From Candidatus Methanoperedens sp. (GTDB lineage Archaea > Halobacteriota > Methanosarcinia > Methanosarcinales > Methanoperedenaceae), in the NCBI GenBank assembly GCA_041494705.1, contig JBGQBI010000002.1, positions 30,001 through 62,000 of the forward strand: a DNA stretch of 32,000 bases. Direction: 5' to 3'. The notes beneath the pieces were generated by a model, which had not been told where the DNA came from, made no database searches, and was given only the letters and a program-made list of their open reading frames with translations. This document shows positions 10,197-18,449 of this stretch, in pieces. Positions within the stretch are counted from its first letter, which is position 1, and every line of letters starts with the position of its first letter. The translations under genes and the position numbers were made by a program.

Positions 10197-10711
10197 GCGC
10201 CGCCTACAATCAGGAATACAGGATTCTCGGGTTTGAACATAGTACCGCCTGCAAGCTCATTTCCCCTTGATAATTGTATCTGTAGTAATTCCTTGAACCG
10301 GTTGTTCTTTTTTATTATCCCCAATGCCAGCGCCACAGTTTCAATCCTGACGGCGCTGACCACGAACGTCTCGACTTTTTCCAGCAATATTTCAAGAACC
10401 TTCTCGATGTTTTGGCTCCCGCCAAGGAAAGCACAGTCGATGTCCAAATCCTGAAGCAGCAAAGCCGCATCCCCTTTTAACACTGTGACATTACCAATGC
10501 CGCATTCTTTAATATTGCCGGATGTAGCCAGAACCGCTTCATCCCTGCTGTCGATGGCATATACATGCTTTGCCAGGCGCGCTGCTGCTATGGAAACCGA
10601 ACCGCTTCCGCATCCGATATCCGCGAAAACATCCGTTGGCTTGATCTGGAGTTTTGATAAAGCCACCACGATTATTTCCGGTTGCGTGGGTGTTCCGCCT
10701 GGATATATCAT
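10193..10711 (-). CDS. cbiT: Cobalt-precorrin-6B C15-methyltransferase (decarboxylating), CbiT
   Basis: 172 aa, ...GGTPTQPEIIVVALSKLQIKPTDVFADIGCGSGSVSIAAA..., with the SAM-MTase motif I. The ATGA overlaps the downstream gene. Confidence 0.85.
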   Translation of the reverse strand: MIYPGGTPTQPEIIVVALSKLQIKPTDVFADIGCGSGSVSIAAARLAKHVYAIDSRDEAVLATSGNIKECGIGNVTVLKGDAALLLQDLDIDCAFLGGSQNIEKVLEILLEKVETFVVSAVRIETVALALGIIKKNNRFKELLQIQLSRGNELAGGTMFKPENPVFLIVGGA

Positions 10712-10816
10712 ATAATCAACTCAATTAAAGTTGTGTTTAATCAATTTAATTTGATATAATGATTGCTGTTATGAACTTTTGACAAACTTAAAACGAGAAA
10801 AATGAATAGGAAATGT

Positions 10817-10825
10817 ATTTTATAT
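10817..10825 (+). promoter_or_regulatory. Candidate TATA box for metG (leaderless spacing)
   Basis: ATTTTATAT is centred about 26 nt upstream of the metG ATG (10847). No SD lies in between. Confidence 0.4.
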
Positions 10826-10846
10826 GGAAATTCCATGTAGAAACCC

Positions 10847-12865
10847 ATGCCCAACTTCCCATCCAAAGAACCGGTTCTAGTAACCTGCGGGCTCCCTTAT
10901 GCCAACGGCAAATGCCATATCGGGCACCTTCGCACTTATGTACCTGCGGATATCTTCGTAAGAGCGCTCAGGAAACAGGGTCAGGATGCCGTATTCGTAT
11001 GCGGCTCCGATGCCCACGGAACCCCCATAGTGGTGAACGCAGAGGAACTCGGGATAACCCCGACAGAACTTGTCAATAAATACCATAAACATTTTGAGAC
11101 TATTTTCAAGGCGATGGAAGTGGAATTCAGCGTATTCGGAAACACGGATTCACCCACAAATCATGCAAGGACAAACAGCATTGTTGAAGCCCTCATTGAG
11201 CGCGGATATGTTTATCCGCAGGTCATAAGATTAGCCTATTGCCCCCATGATAATCGATTCCTTCCGGACAGGTATGTGGAAGGCATTTGCCCGTATTGCG
11301 GAAAACTTGCGCGCGGCGATGAATGCGACCAGGGATGCGGAAAGCATCTTGAGCCGGGCGAGATAAAGAGCGCAAAGTGCAGGATATGCGGGAATCCTGC
11401 TGAATACCGCGAGCAGGAGCATTTCTTTTTCAAACTTTCAGCTTTTAGCGGTTTTCTTTCGGAATACCTGGATACACTCGGCGGTACATCCAATGCTATA
11501 AATTATGCAAAGGAATGGGCAAAGGAGCTTAAGGATTGGTGCATCACAAGAAATCTCGAATGGGGAGTGCGTTTCCCCGGTCACGATGACCTCGTTGTTT
11601 ATGTATGGGTGGACGCGCCAATTGGATATATTTCATTCACAGAGGAATGGGCGAACAGAACCGGTAACGACTGGGAAAAATACTGGAGACAGGATTCGCG
11701 CATCATTCATTTCATAGGCGAGGATATAACATATCACCACTGCATCTTCTGGCCTGCGATGCTAAAAGGCGCAGGTTACACCCAGCCATGGGCTGTCGTG
11801 GCGTCAGGCATGCTGAAGATTGATGATAAGAAGTTCTCAAAGAGCAGGGGATATGTGGTATGGGTGGACGAGGACTATCTTGACCATGGTTTCCATCCCG
11901 ACCTCCTTCGGTATTATATTGCGAATTATACCTCCCACACCAAGGAATTGAATTTCTCATGGAAAGTATTCCAAGATAAAGTGAATAACGAGCTTGTTGG
12001 CGCGCTTGGGAATTTCCTGCACAGGACGCTGCATTTTGCACATAAGAACTTCGGCGCCGTTCCTCCGGGGGCTGTTGATAAGGAGATTCTTGAAAAAATC
12101 CAGTCCACCATCAGCAGCGTGATTTCAGCCCTTGATGAGTATGAATTCAAGAAAGCCACGGATGAAATGATGGAGCTTGCCGCATACGGTAACTCCTATT
12201 TCCAGTCGAATGAGCCCTGGCAGCTCATCAAGAAAGATAAAGAAGCATGCGCCCGTGTCGTGAAGAACTGTCTCCAGATAGGAAAGGCGCTAATATTGCT
12301 GTTTGAGCCGATTCTTCCGGGAAATATGGAAAAAGCATGGAAACAGTTGGCACTTGCGGGTGATGTCCATTCAGCGCGGTTTGAGGATGCGCTTGTAGAG
12401 ATACCATCACAGGAACTTGGGGCGCCTGAAATTTTGTTCACTAAAATCGAGGATAAAAAGATTAAGGAAATGGAATCCATCCTTGATAAAAGGATAAAGA
12501 TAGCAATAGCGAAAGAGAAGAATAAGCTTGAGGCAGGGAAGGAGAAGGCTGAGATAACATTTGAAGAGTTCCAGAAGTTTGATATAAGGATAGGGAGGGT
12601 GCTGTCTGCTGAGAATATCAAAGGCTCTGATAAATTGCTGAAGCTGGAGGTGGATATAGGGGAGAAGCGCCAGATTGTTGCAGGGATTGCAAAGTCCCAT
12701 GCTCCGGCTGAACTTGTCGGGCGGCAGGTTGTGGTGCTTGCGAATATGAAGCCAGCTAAACTTTTCGGCGTGGAGTCGCGGGGGATGGTTCTTGCGGCTG
12801 ATGTTGAAGGGGCGGTGTTGCTTTTGCCTGAGAAGGAGGTTAAGGAGGGGACGAAGGTGAGGTGA
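10847..12865 (+). CDS. metG: Methionyl-tRNA synthetase with C-terminal tRNA-binding (Trbp111/EMAPII-like) domain
   Basis: 672 aa with a HIGH motif (CHIGHLRTY), Zn knuckles (CPYCG...CDQGCG...CRICG), KMSKS (KFSKSRG), and the C-terminal ...[28 protein letters not shown]... Confidence 0.97.
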   Translation: MPNFPSKEPVLVTCGLPYANGKCHIGHLRTYVPADIFVRALRKQGQDAVFVCGSDAHGTPIVVNAEELGITPTELVNKYHKHFETIFKAMEVEFSVFGNTDSPTNHARTNSIVEALIERGYVYPQVIRLAYCPHDNRFLPDRYVEGICPYCGKLARGDECDQGCGKHLEPGEIKSAKCRICGNPAEYREQEHFFFKLSAFSGFLSEYLDTLGGTSNAINYAKEWAKELKDWCITRNLEWGVRFPGHDDLVVYVWVDAPIGYISFTEEWANRTGNDWEKYWRQDSRIIHFIGEDITYHHCIFWPAMLKGAGYTQPWAVVASGMLKIDDKKFSKSRGYVVWVDEDYLDHGFHPDLLRYYIANYTSHTKELNFSWKVFQDKVNNELVGALGNFLHRTLHFAHKNFGAVPPGAVDKEILEKIQSTISSVISALDEYEFKKATDEMMELAAYGNSYFQSNEPWQLIKKDKEACARVVKNCLQIGKALILLFEPILPGNMEKAWKQLALAGDVHSARFEDALVEIPSQELGAPEILFTKIEDKKIKEMESILDKRIKIAIAKEKNKLEAGKEKAEITFEEFQKFDIRIGRVLSAENIKGSDKLLKLEVDIGEKRQIVAGIAKSHAPAELVGRQVVVLANMKPAKLFGVESRGMVLAADVEGAVLLLPEKEVKEGTKVR

Positions 12866-12900
12866 GCGAAATACTTTCGCTTCGCGGGGATAAAATTTTT
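12866..12900 (+). terminator. Possible metG terminator: short hairpin plus T5 run
   Basis: GCGAAA-TAC-TTTCGC (12866-12880) sits directly after the stop. A T5 run lies at 12896-12900. Confidence 0.3.
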
Positions 12901-12926
12901 ATATGTTACCGTTCTATCTTTAGTAT

Positions 12927-13376
12927 ATGAAGCTTGAAATTGATTTAGTTCCGTCAACAGCATGGTATTCAAATCTAAGAACTAACATATCCAAAAATGA
13001 ATGGGATAAGATTAGAAAACAAAGCTATGCTGATGCAAATCATAAATGTGCTATCTGTGATGCAGATGGCAGATTAAATTGTCATGAAATTTGGGAATAT
13101 GATGGCAAAAAAAATATTCAAAAATTAAATGGTTTCATAGCTTTGTGTAATGATTGTCACATGATTAAGCACATTGGATTTGCAGGTATTCAAGCTTCAA
13201 AAGGACTTCTTGATATGGATAAATTAATTGAACATTTTATGAACGTCAATAAAGTTGACAAAAAAACATTTGACATACATCATGAAGAAGCCTTTAAAGT
13301 TTGGAGAGAGCGGTCACAAAAAAAATGGACTACTGATTTAGCACAGTGGTCTAATCTCGTTCCTGCGCATCCATAG
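12927..13376 (+). CDS. Small HNH/zinc-finger nuclease-like protein (function unknown)
   Basis: 149 aa. CAIC...CHEIWEYD...LCNDCHMIKH gives two CxxC pairs plus an H...N...H spacing typical of beta-beta-alpha-Me (HNH) folds. The gene is markedly more AT-rich than its neighbours. Confidence 0.55.
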   Translation: MKLEIDLVPSTAWYSNLRTNISKNEWDKIRKQSYADANHKCAICDADGRLNCHEIWEYDGKKNIQKLNGFIALCNDCHMIKHIGFAGIQASKGLLDMDKLIEHFMNVNKVDKKTFDIHHEEAFKVWRERSQKKWTTDLAQWSNLVPAHP

Positions 13377-13440
13377 GACATATGGAACTGCCTGACAATT
13401 ATCAACTAAAACAGGGGCAAAATTTTAAAAAGCAAAAACC

Positions 13441-13448
13441 TTTAAATA
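13441..13448 (+). promoter_or_regulatory. Candidate TATA box for psmB
   Basis: TTTAAATA lies about 70 nt upstream of the ATG. This transcript would carry a leader with a GAGG SD. Confidence 0.3.
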
Positions 13449-13492
13449 CCCCCAAACAAATTATGTGTGCTAATTTTCTCATTTTTAGTGAT

Positions 13493-13514
13493 GAGGTATT
13501 TAAGAGGTATTTAA
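13493..13514 (+). repeat. Perfect 11-bp tandem duplication GAGGTATTTAA x2 directly before the psmB start
   Basis: Read directly: 13493-13503 equals 13504-13514. The duplication copies the GAGG Shine-Dalgarno motif. Confidence 0.9.
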
Positions 13515-13515
13515 A

Positions 13516-14145
13516 ATGGATAACATGGAATACAAAGGAACCACCACAATAGGGTTAGTTTGCGATAAAGGCGTAGTTATGGCTTCAGAGAGAAGAGCAA
13601 CAATGGGACACTTTATTGCAAGTAAAGATGCAAAAAAAGTTTACCAGATAGATGATCTTGTAGCAATGACCACAGCCGGTTCGGTAGGAGATGCACAAAG
13701 ACTCGTAAAATGGATGCAGGTGGAATCAAAACTTTATAAAATGCGAAGGGAAGAACCCATGACAGTGAAAGGAATAGTAAGCCTGCTTGCAAATATCTTA
13801 AGCGGTAATAGATATTTTCCTTATTATGTACAGCTTCTTGTCGGCGGGGTTGACAAAAATGGGCCCGGCATATATTCACTTGACGCAGTGGGTGGAATAA
13901 TCGAAGAAAAAAAGGCAGTATCAACCGGCTCGGGTTCGCCCATGGCTTACGGCGTGCTTGAAGACAGATTTACAGAAAATATGCCTATTGAGGAAGGGGT
14001 CGAACTTGCAGTACGCGCATTGCACAATGCCATGAAGCGTGATTCTGCATCCGGTGATGGTATCAGTGTAGTAAAAATCACTGCCGAAGGGTATTTTGAG
14101 GTAGAAGACGCCGAAATTAAGAAATTGCGCGATACCTTTACATAA
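13516..14145 (+). CDS. psmB: Proteasome subunit beta
   Basis: 209 aa. The propeptide is followed by [22 protein letters not shown] with the catalytic Thr. GSGS lies downstream. Confidence 0.93.
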   Translation: MDNMEYKGTTTIGLVCDKGVVMASERRATMGHFIASKDAKKVYQIDDLVAMTTAGSVGDAQRLVKWMQVESKLYKMRREEPMTVKGIVSLLANILSGNRYFPYYVQLLVGGVDKNGPGIYSLDAVGGIIEEKKAVSTGSGSPMAYGVLEDRFTENMPIEEGVELAVRALHNAMKRDSASGDGISVVKITAEGYFEVEDAEIKKLRDTFT

Positions 14146-14163
14146 TTTTTTTATCTATTTTTT
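14146..14163 (+). terminator. Oligo-T tracts (T7 and T6) after psmB
   Basis: TTTTTTT at 14146-14152 and TTTTTT at 14158-14163. Archaeal intrinsic termination uses oligo-T. Confidence 0.35.
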
Positions 14164-14185
14164 GTATCCTGGAAGGAAAATAACG

Positions 14186-16099
14186 ATGACAGTTGAAGAA
14201 GTATTAAACGATTTAAAACAGAAAATAAGGGGACACCTCCCCAAAGACATAACTATATCCGATGTGGATTTTGAAGGCCCGGAGCTTGTCATATACACCG
14301 AAGAGCCCAGGAAATTCGCGGATAATGGCGATCTCATTAAGACCCTTGCAAAGGAATTGAGGAAACGGCTTGTGGTCAGGCCTGACCCGAAAGTCCTTGC
14401 CCAGCCTGAAGAAGCGATTACAGCAATTTCAAAAATCGTTCCACCCGAGTCGGGAATTTCGAACCATTTTTTTGACGTTGATACGGGAGAGGTAGTAATC
14501 GAAGCCGAGAAACCCGGCCTGGTCATCGGCAGGCACGGCGAAACACTGCGGGAAATCACAAAAGAGATAGGATGGACGCCAAAAGTAGTGCGCACGCCTC
14601 CCATGAAATCAACTACGGTGAATAATATCCGCCAGTTCATGCGCGCCAATAAGGAAGAGAGAAAAGCGCTTCTTAAAACCATAGGCAGAAAGATTCACCG
14701 TGGTGTCTTGTCCAAGGACAAATGGGTGAGACTGACCACGCTGGGCGCATGCCGCGAAGTAGGACGCAGCTGCTTTTTACTGTCAACCCCTGAAACCAGG
14801 ATATTGATAGACTGCGGGGTTAATGTCAGCGGGGAAGATAATGGTACGCCGTATCTTTACGTGCCAGAAGTGCATCCGATAAGCCAGATAGATGCAGTTA
14901 TACTGACGCATGCGCACCTTGACCACATAGGACTTGTTCCTTTGCTGTATAAATACGGTTTCGAGGGACCTGTTTATTGCACTCCGCCCACACGCGACCT
15001 GATGGCATTACTGCAACTGGACTATATCGACGTGGCTGCCCGTGAAGGAAGGAAAATCCCATATGAATCAGCCATGATACGCGAGGTACTGAAACATACA
15101 ATCACACTCAACTACGGGGATGTTACGGATATCGGTCCTGATATGAAGCTCACATTCCATAATGCAGGCCATATACTGGGCTCTTCCATCGCGCATTTCC
15201 ATGTAGGCGACGGTTTGTACAATATTGCTTTTACCGGGGATTTCAAATATGAAAAAACGCGCCTGTTTGACCCTGCCATTAATGACTACCCGCGCGTTGA
15301 AACAGTGGTAATGGAAGCAACATATGGCGGGTCAAGGGACATGCAGCCGGCAAGAAAGGATGCAGAGAGGCATTTGCAGGAAATAGCGAAAGAGACCCTT
15401 GAAAACGGGGGAAATCTCCTTATCCCGACCTTTGCCGTAGGAAGAAGCCAGGAAGTCATGATTGTGCTTGAAGAAGCCATACGCAAAGGATTCATCGGCG
15501 ATGTTCCTGTCTATCTTGACGGCATGATATACGAAGCCACAGCAATTCATACCACACATCCCGAATACCTGAATAATGAACTCAGGAACCAGATTTTCCA
15601 TAAGGGCATGAACCCTTTCCTTGCAAAATGCTTCGTTCAGGTGGATTCAAAAGAAAAACGCCAGAAAATCATAGATGGCCGCGAACCCTGTATTGTTCTT
15701 GCAACCTCGGGCATGATGAACGGCGGGCCTGTCATGGAATATTTAAAAGCATTCGGGCCTGAAGAAAAGAATACGCTTGTTTTCGTAGGTTACCAGGCGG
15801 AAGGCACGCTTGGCAGGCGCATCCAGAAAGGCTGGAAGGAAATACCTATGCACGCCAGCGGCGGAAAGACAGAAACGGTAAAAATCAATATGAGAATCGA
15901 CACCGTCGATGGATTCTCAGGTCATTCGGACAGGATGCAGCTTATGGAATTTGTCAGGAAAATGAGACCAAGGCCTGAACATATCATAACCCAGCATGGG
16001 GATGAGAAGAACTGCATGGACCTTGCAAGCTCGATTTACAGGAAGTTCAAGATTGAGACAAAAGCGCCTATGAACCTTGAGACGATAAGGCTGGCTTAA
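14186..16099 (+). CDS. fttA: aCPSF1 / FttA: KH-domain beta-CASP metallo-beta-lactamase ribonuclease
   Basis: The longest ORF starts at TTG 14162. ATG 14186 ([12 protein letters not shown]...) is preferred. It has N-terminal KH domains ([14 protein letters not shown]), the MBL motif THAHLDHIG, and a beta-CASP region. The trimmed length of about 637 aa is typical of aCPSF1. Confidence 0.9.
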   Translation: MTVEEVLNDLKQKIRGHLPKDITISDVDFEGPELVIYTEEPRKFADNGDLIKTLAKELRKRLVVRPDPKVLAQPEEAITAISKIVPPESGISNHFFDVDTGEVVIEAEKPGLVIGRHGETLREITKEIGWTPKVVRTPPMKSTTVNNIRQFMRANKEERKALLKTIGRKIHRGVLSKDKWVRLTTLGACREVGRSCFLLSTPETRILIDCGVNVSGEDNGTPYLYVPEVHPISQIDAVILTHAHLDHIGLVPLLYKYGFEGPVYCTPPTRDLMALLQLDYIDVAAREGRKIPYESAMIREVLKHTITLNYGDVTDIGPDMKLTFHNAGHILGSSIAHFHVGDGLYNIAFTGDFKYEKTRLFDPAINDYPRVETVVMEATYGGSRDMQPARKDAERHLQEIAKETLENGGNLLIPTFAVGRSQEVMIVLEEAIRKGFIGDVPVYLDGMIYEATAIHTTHPEYLNNELRNQIFHKGMNPFLAKCFVQVDSKEKRQKIIDGREPCIVLATSGMMNGGPVMEYLKAFGPEEKNTLVFVGYQAEGTLGRRIQKGWKEIPMHASGGKTETVKINMRIDTVDGFSGHSDRMQLMEFVRKMRPRPEHIITQHGDEKNCMDLASSIYRKFKIETKAPMNLETIRLA

Positions 16100-17061
16100 G
16101 ACCCGAAGTGCTCATACCCCCGCGCTTTCAGTTCTTCGACTCTCCCATCTGCCCTTTCAATGAAAAATCCCTCTTCAATAACTTCCCCGATAACAGTGAG
16201 AGGACAGGCTTTTTTCGCTTTATCGAGCTTTCCCGGCGCCACTGTTAACAAAAGCTCAAAATCCCCGCCTGTATAAACTACCGCATCAAACAATTCCCCG
16301 CCTGTCAATAACTTCTTGACAGCGGGCAGTACAGGAAGCCTGTTTTCATATATTTTGAATCCCACTCCGCTTGCTTTGCCAATGTCATGAAGTGAAAGGG
16401 CAAGCCCGTCACTTATATCCATCATGGACGAAACTGCACGGCTCTCTGCGAGCGCCATGCCTTCATTTATTCTCGGAAAAGGTTCGAACAGTGCCTTCAA
16501 AATCTCCTGGCTGACAGGGATTTCCTTGTCCAGAGCCATGAGCGCCGCGCCTGCTGTTCCAAGAGCGCCTGTTACGCATACAAGATCCCCGGCTTTTGCC
16601 CCGCTCCTTCGAATGAGCAGTTCCTTTTTTATAAGCCCGAACGCAGTTCCAACCATCGTGAGTTCATCATTGGAATCCGTATCTCCCCCTATTATTTGCG
16701 TCCCGAACTTTCGGGCGCACTCGTCCATGCCTCTTGCGATTTCCTCGATAAAACCAAGTTCGGTATCAGGCGGGATTCCCATTGCCATTACAACGCCAAG
16801 AGGCCGGGCGCCTTTGGAGGCAAGGTCGCTCAGGTTAACGGCAACCGACATCCATCCTATCTGCCACCCGGTCATCAGGAGAGGGAAATCAGTCTTCCGG
16901 TGAAGCATGTCGGTGGTGATTAGAAGGTAATCTTTTCCCCCGATATCAATAACCGCGCAATCATCCTCGCCTGCCCCCAGGATTGTTTTATCTCCCGCTC
17001 CTGTGAGCAATTTCGCTATGCGCGCTATCAATTCCCGTTCGGTGATTTCGCTGGCTTTCAT
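16096..17061 (-). CDS. thiL: Thiamine-monophosphate kinase (PurM/AIR-synthase-like superfamily)
   Basis: 321 aa, ...ERELIARI...[32 protein letters not shown]...[14 protein letters not shown]...GGDT... Confidence 0.8.
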   Translation of the reverse strand: MKASEITERELIARIAKLLTGAGDKTILGAGEDDCAVIDIGGKDYLLITTDMLHRKTDFPLLMTGWQIGWMSVAVNLSDLASKGARPLGVVMAMGIPPDTELGFIEEIARGMDECARKFGTQIIGGDTDSNDELTMVGTAFGLIKKELLIRRSGAKAGDLVCVTGALGTAGAALMALDKEIPVSQEILKALFEPFPRINEGMALAESRAVSSMMDISDGLALSLHDIGKASGVGFKIYENRLPVLPAVKKLLTGGELFDAVVYTGGDFELLLTVAPGKLDKAKKACPLTVIGEVIEEGFFIERADGRVEELKARGYEHFGS

Positions 17062-17088
17062 TTATAGTAAGAACCTAATTTTGTTAAC

Positions 17089-17096
17089 ATAAATAT
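17089..17096 (-). promoter_or_regulatory. Candidate TATA box for thiL
   Basis: The minus strand reads ATATTTAT, centred about 31 nt upstream of the ATG at 17061. Confidence 0.35.
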
Positions 17097-17100
17097 GAGC

Positions 17101-17164
17101 CTTCGCGTTCTCTGCGGCTTTGCGGTGTGCGTTTTATCACCGCAAAGACGCAAAGGTCGCAAAG
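17101..17164. repeat. Palindromic intergenic repeat, copy A (CGCAAAG-type arms)
   Basis: A perfect 10-bp inner stem, CTTTGCGGTG (17118-17127) / CACCGCAAAG (17138-17147), has a 10-nt loop. The arms extend imperfectly to about 27 nt. It is closely similar to 26120-26185 in the same orientation. Confidence 0.85.
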
Positions 17165-17246
17165 ATAGTTTAAATTGTTTAGTTTTTGATTATGATAATA
17201 ATTCACTTCAATCATTATTGAACTTATCTTTTATTCCTGCACCATG

Positions 17247-17254
17247 TTTATAAA
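17247..17254 (+). promoter_or_regulatory. Candidate TATA box for tatC (leaderless spacing)
   Basis: TTTATAAA is centred about 28 nt upstream of the ATG at 17279. Confidence 0.4.
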
Positions 17255-17278
17255 GAATAAGGGCTCAGTAAATCGTTA

Positions 17279-17986
17279 ATGAACACAGTGCCCGGCGACG
17301 AGGAAATGCCAATTGTGGAGCATATCGAGGAATTACGTCGAAGATTGATGACGGTTGCGATTCCTGTTATAATAATTACATCAATTTCATATTTTTTCTC
17401 AGGAGAACTGCTCCAGTTGATATGGAAACAAACAGTCCAGGTTCCCATGACCATTTATGCCCCGATGGATTTGATTATCACAAGATTGACGCTCTCCCTT
17501 GTATGCGCCCTGTTTATCGGGATACCGCTTGTGGTTTATGAGGCTTTTATGTTCGTCGGGAAAGGGCTTTATCCGAACGAAAAAATGTTTTTTATCAAGA
17601 TTGTGCCTTTTTCTTTCATCCTGTTCACTGCCGGGGCTATGCTTGCTTATTTTGTGGCGATACCGCTAATATTCAAATACACGATAATGTACTCAATCGA
17701 TGTGGCAGCCCCGCAGATTTCCGTGATAAATACGATTAACACAATAATAACGCTGGTCATCGGTTTTGGGCTTGTTTTCCAGTTCCCGCTTCTTATGGTT
17801 TTTGCTATCAGGATGGGTATTTTGAAATATGAATATATCAGGGGAAAACGTGTGGTGGTATATGGCATCCTTCTGGCATTTGCATTATTCGTTTCACCTG
17901 ACCCTTCAGCCATTTCAGAATTGATTGTGGCTGCTGCGCTTGTTGTATTATTTGAATTCAGCCTTGTAATAGCCAGATATTTATGA
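17279..17986 (+). CDS. tatC: Sec-independent protein translocase subunit TatC
   Basis: 235 aa. It has the N-terminal ...MPIVEHIEELRRRL... motif followed by about six hydrophobic segments. Confidence 0.85.
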   Translation: MNTVPGDEEMPIVEHIEELRRRLMTVAIPVIIITSISYFFSGELLQLIWKQTVQVPMTIYAPMDLIITRLTLSLVCALFIGIPLVVYEAFMFVGKGLYPNEKMFFIKIVPFSFILFTAGAMLAYFVAIPLIFKYTIMYSIDVAAPQISVINTINTIITLVIGFGLVFQFPLLMVFAIRMGILKYEYIRGKRVVVYGILLAFALFVSPDPSAISELIVAAALVVLFEFSLVIARYL

Positions 17987-18015
17987 AAAACTTTAGGAAA
18001 GTTTTATCAAACGAC

Positions 18016-18035
18016 GGGTATGGCGCGCCATACCC
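18016..18035. repeat. Perfect 20-bp palindrome GGGTATGGCGCGCCATACCC
   Basis: Read directly; the sequence is fully self-complementary. It lies 30 nt after the tatC stop. Confidence 0.95.
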
Positions 18036-18088
18036 GAACACGCCCTCCCGTTCGCAAAGCGTGTCGAAGACAGGCGTGACTCGGGACG

Positions 18089-18114
18089 TCATAAAGGGGC
18101 GTAACCCTTTATGA
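18089..18114. repeat. Hairpin TCATAAAGGG-GCGTAA-CCCTTTATGA
   Basis: A 10-bp perfect stem with a 6-nt loop, read directly. Confidence 0.9.
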
Positions 18115-18382
18115 TAATAAATAAGCCGCATATTTCAGGGAAATTTGTTCGTACAGTTCCAGATGAAATGACGCTTTGTTACTAAAATCACATTTAAAAA
18201 ATGAAATAAATTGTTAATTTTTAATTAATTGCTAATCGGAATAATTCAATAATCGGGAAGTATAGATGATTTTATCTTACAGGCTTTTCATCATAATGAT
18301 AATATTAATAATTAAATTTTTCCAAATGAAATAAAGGGGTAGAATAAAGAGACAGTTATATTGAAAACCAAAATCTTATTTG

Positions 18383-18390
18383 TATATAAA
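18383..18390 (+). promoter_or_regulatory. Candidate TATA box for the DHPS-like/metVF/thiC-like/cofE operon
   Basis: TATATAAA lies about 60 nt upstream of the GTG start at 18450. An alternative TTTAAAAA lies at 18427-18434. Confidence 0.3.
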
Positions 18391-18449
18391 ATTCCTTTTT
18401 TCTAAAATGCGCAAACCTTATGAATGTTTAAAAACCATTATGGTAAAAC

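Noticed and set aside
12196-12972. 258-aa minus-strand ORF
   Set aside because: It is antisense to metG and has a Ser/Phe/Ile-rich shadow composition with no motifs.
14155-14682. 175-aa minus-strand ORF
   Set aside because: It is antisense to the KH-domain region of aCPSF1, so it is a shadow ORF.
18010-18115. tRNA, or a ZTP/THF-type riboswitch upstream of the folate-like operon
   Set aside because: There is no T-loop (GGTTCRANY) or cloverleaf. The fragment GGCGTGACTCGGG only superficially resembles the ZTP motif, and the 3' CCGCCTGGGC-type pseudoknot partner is absent. The element also lies more than 330 nt from the start codon.
18266-18334. 22-aa hydrophobic mini-ORF (MILSYRLFIIMIILIIKFFQMK) in the AT-rich spacer
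   Set aside because: AT-rich DNA translates to Ile/Leu/Phe/Lys by default. There is no SD or promoter spacing, so it is probably chance.
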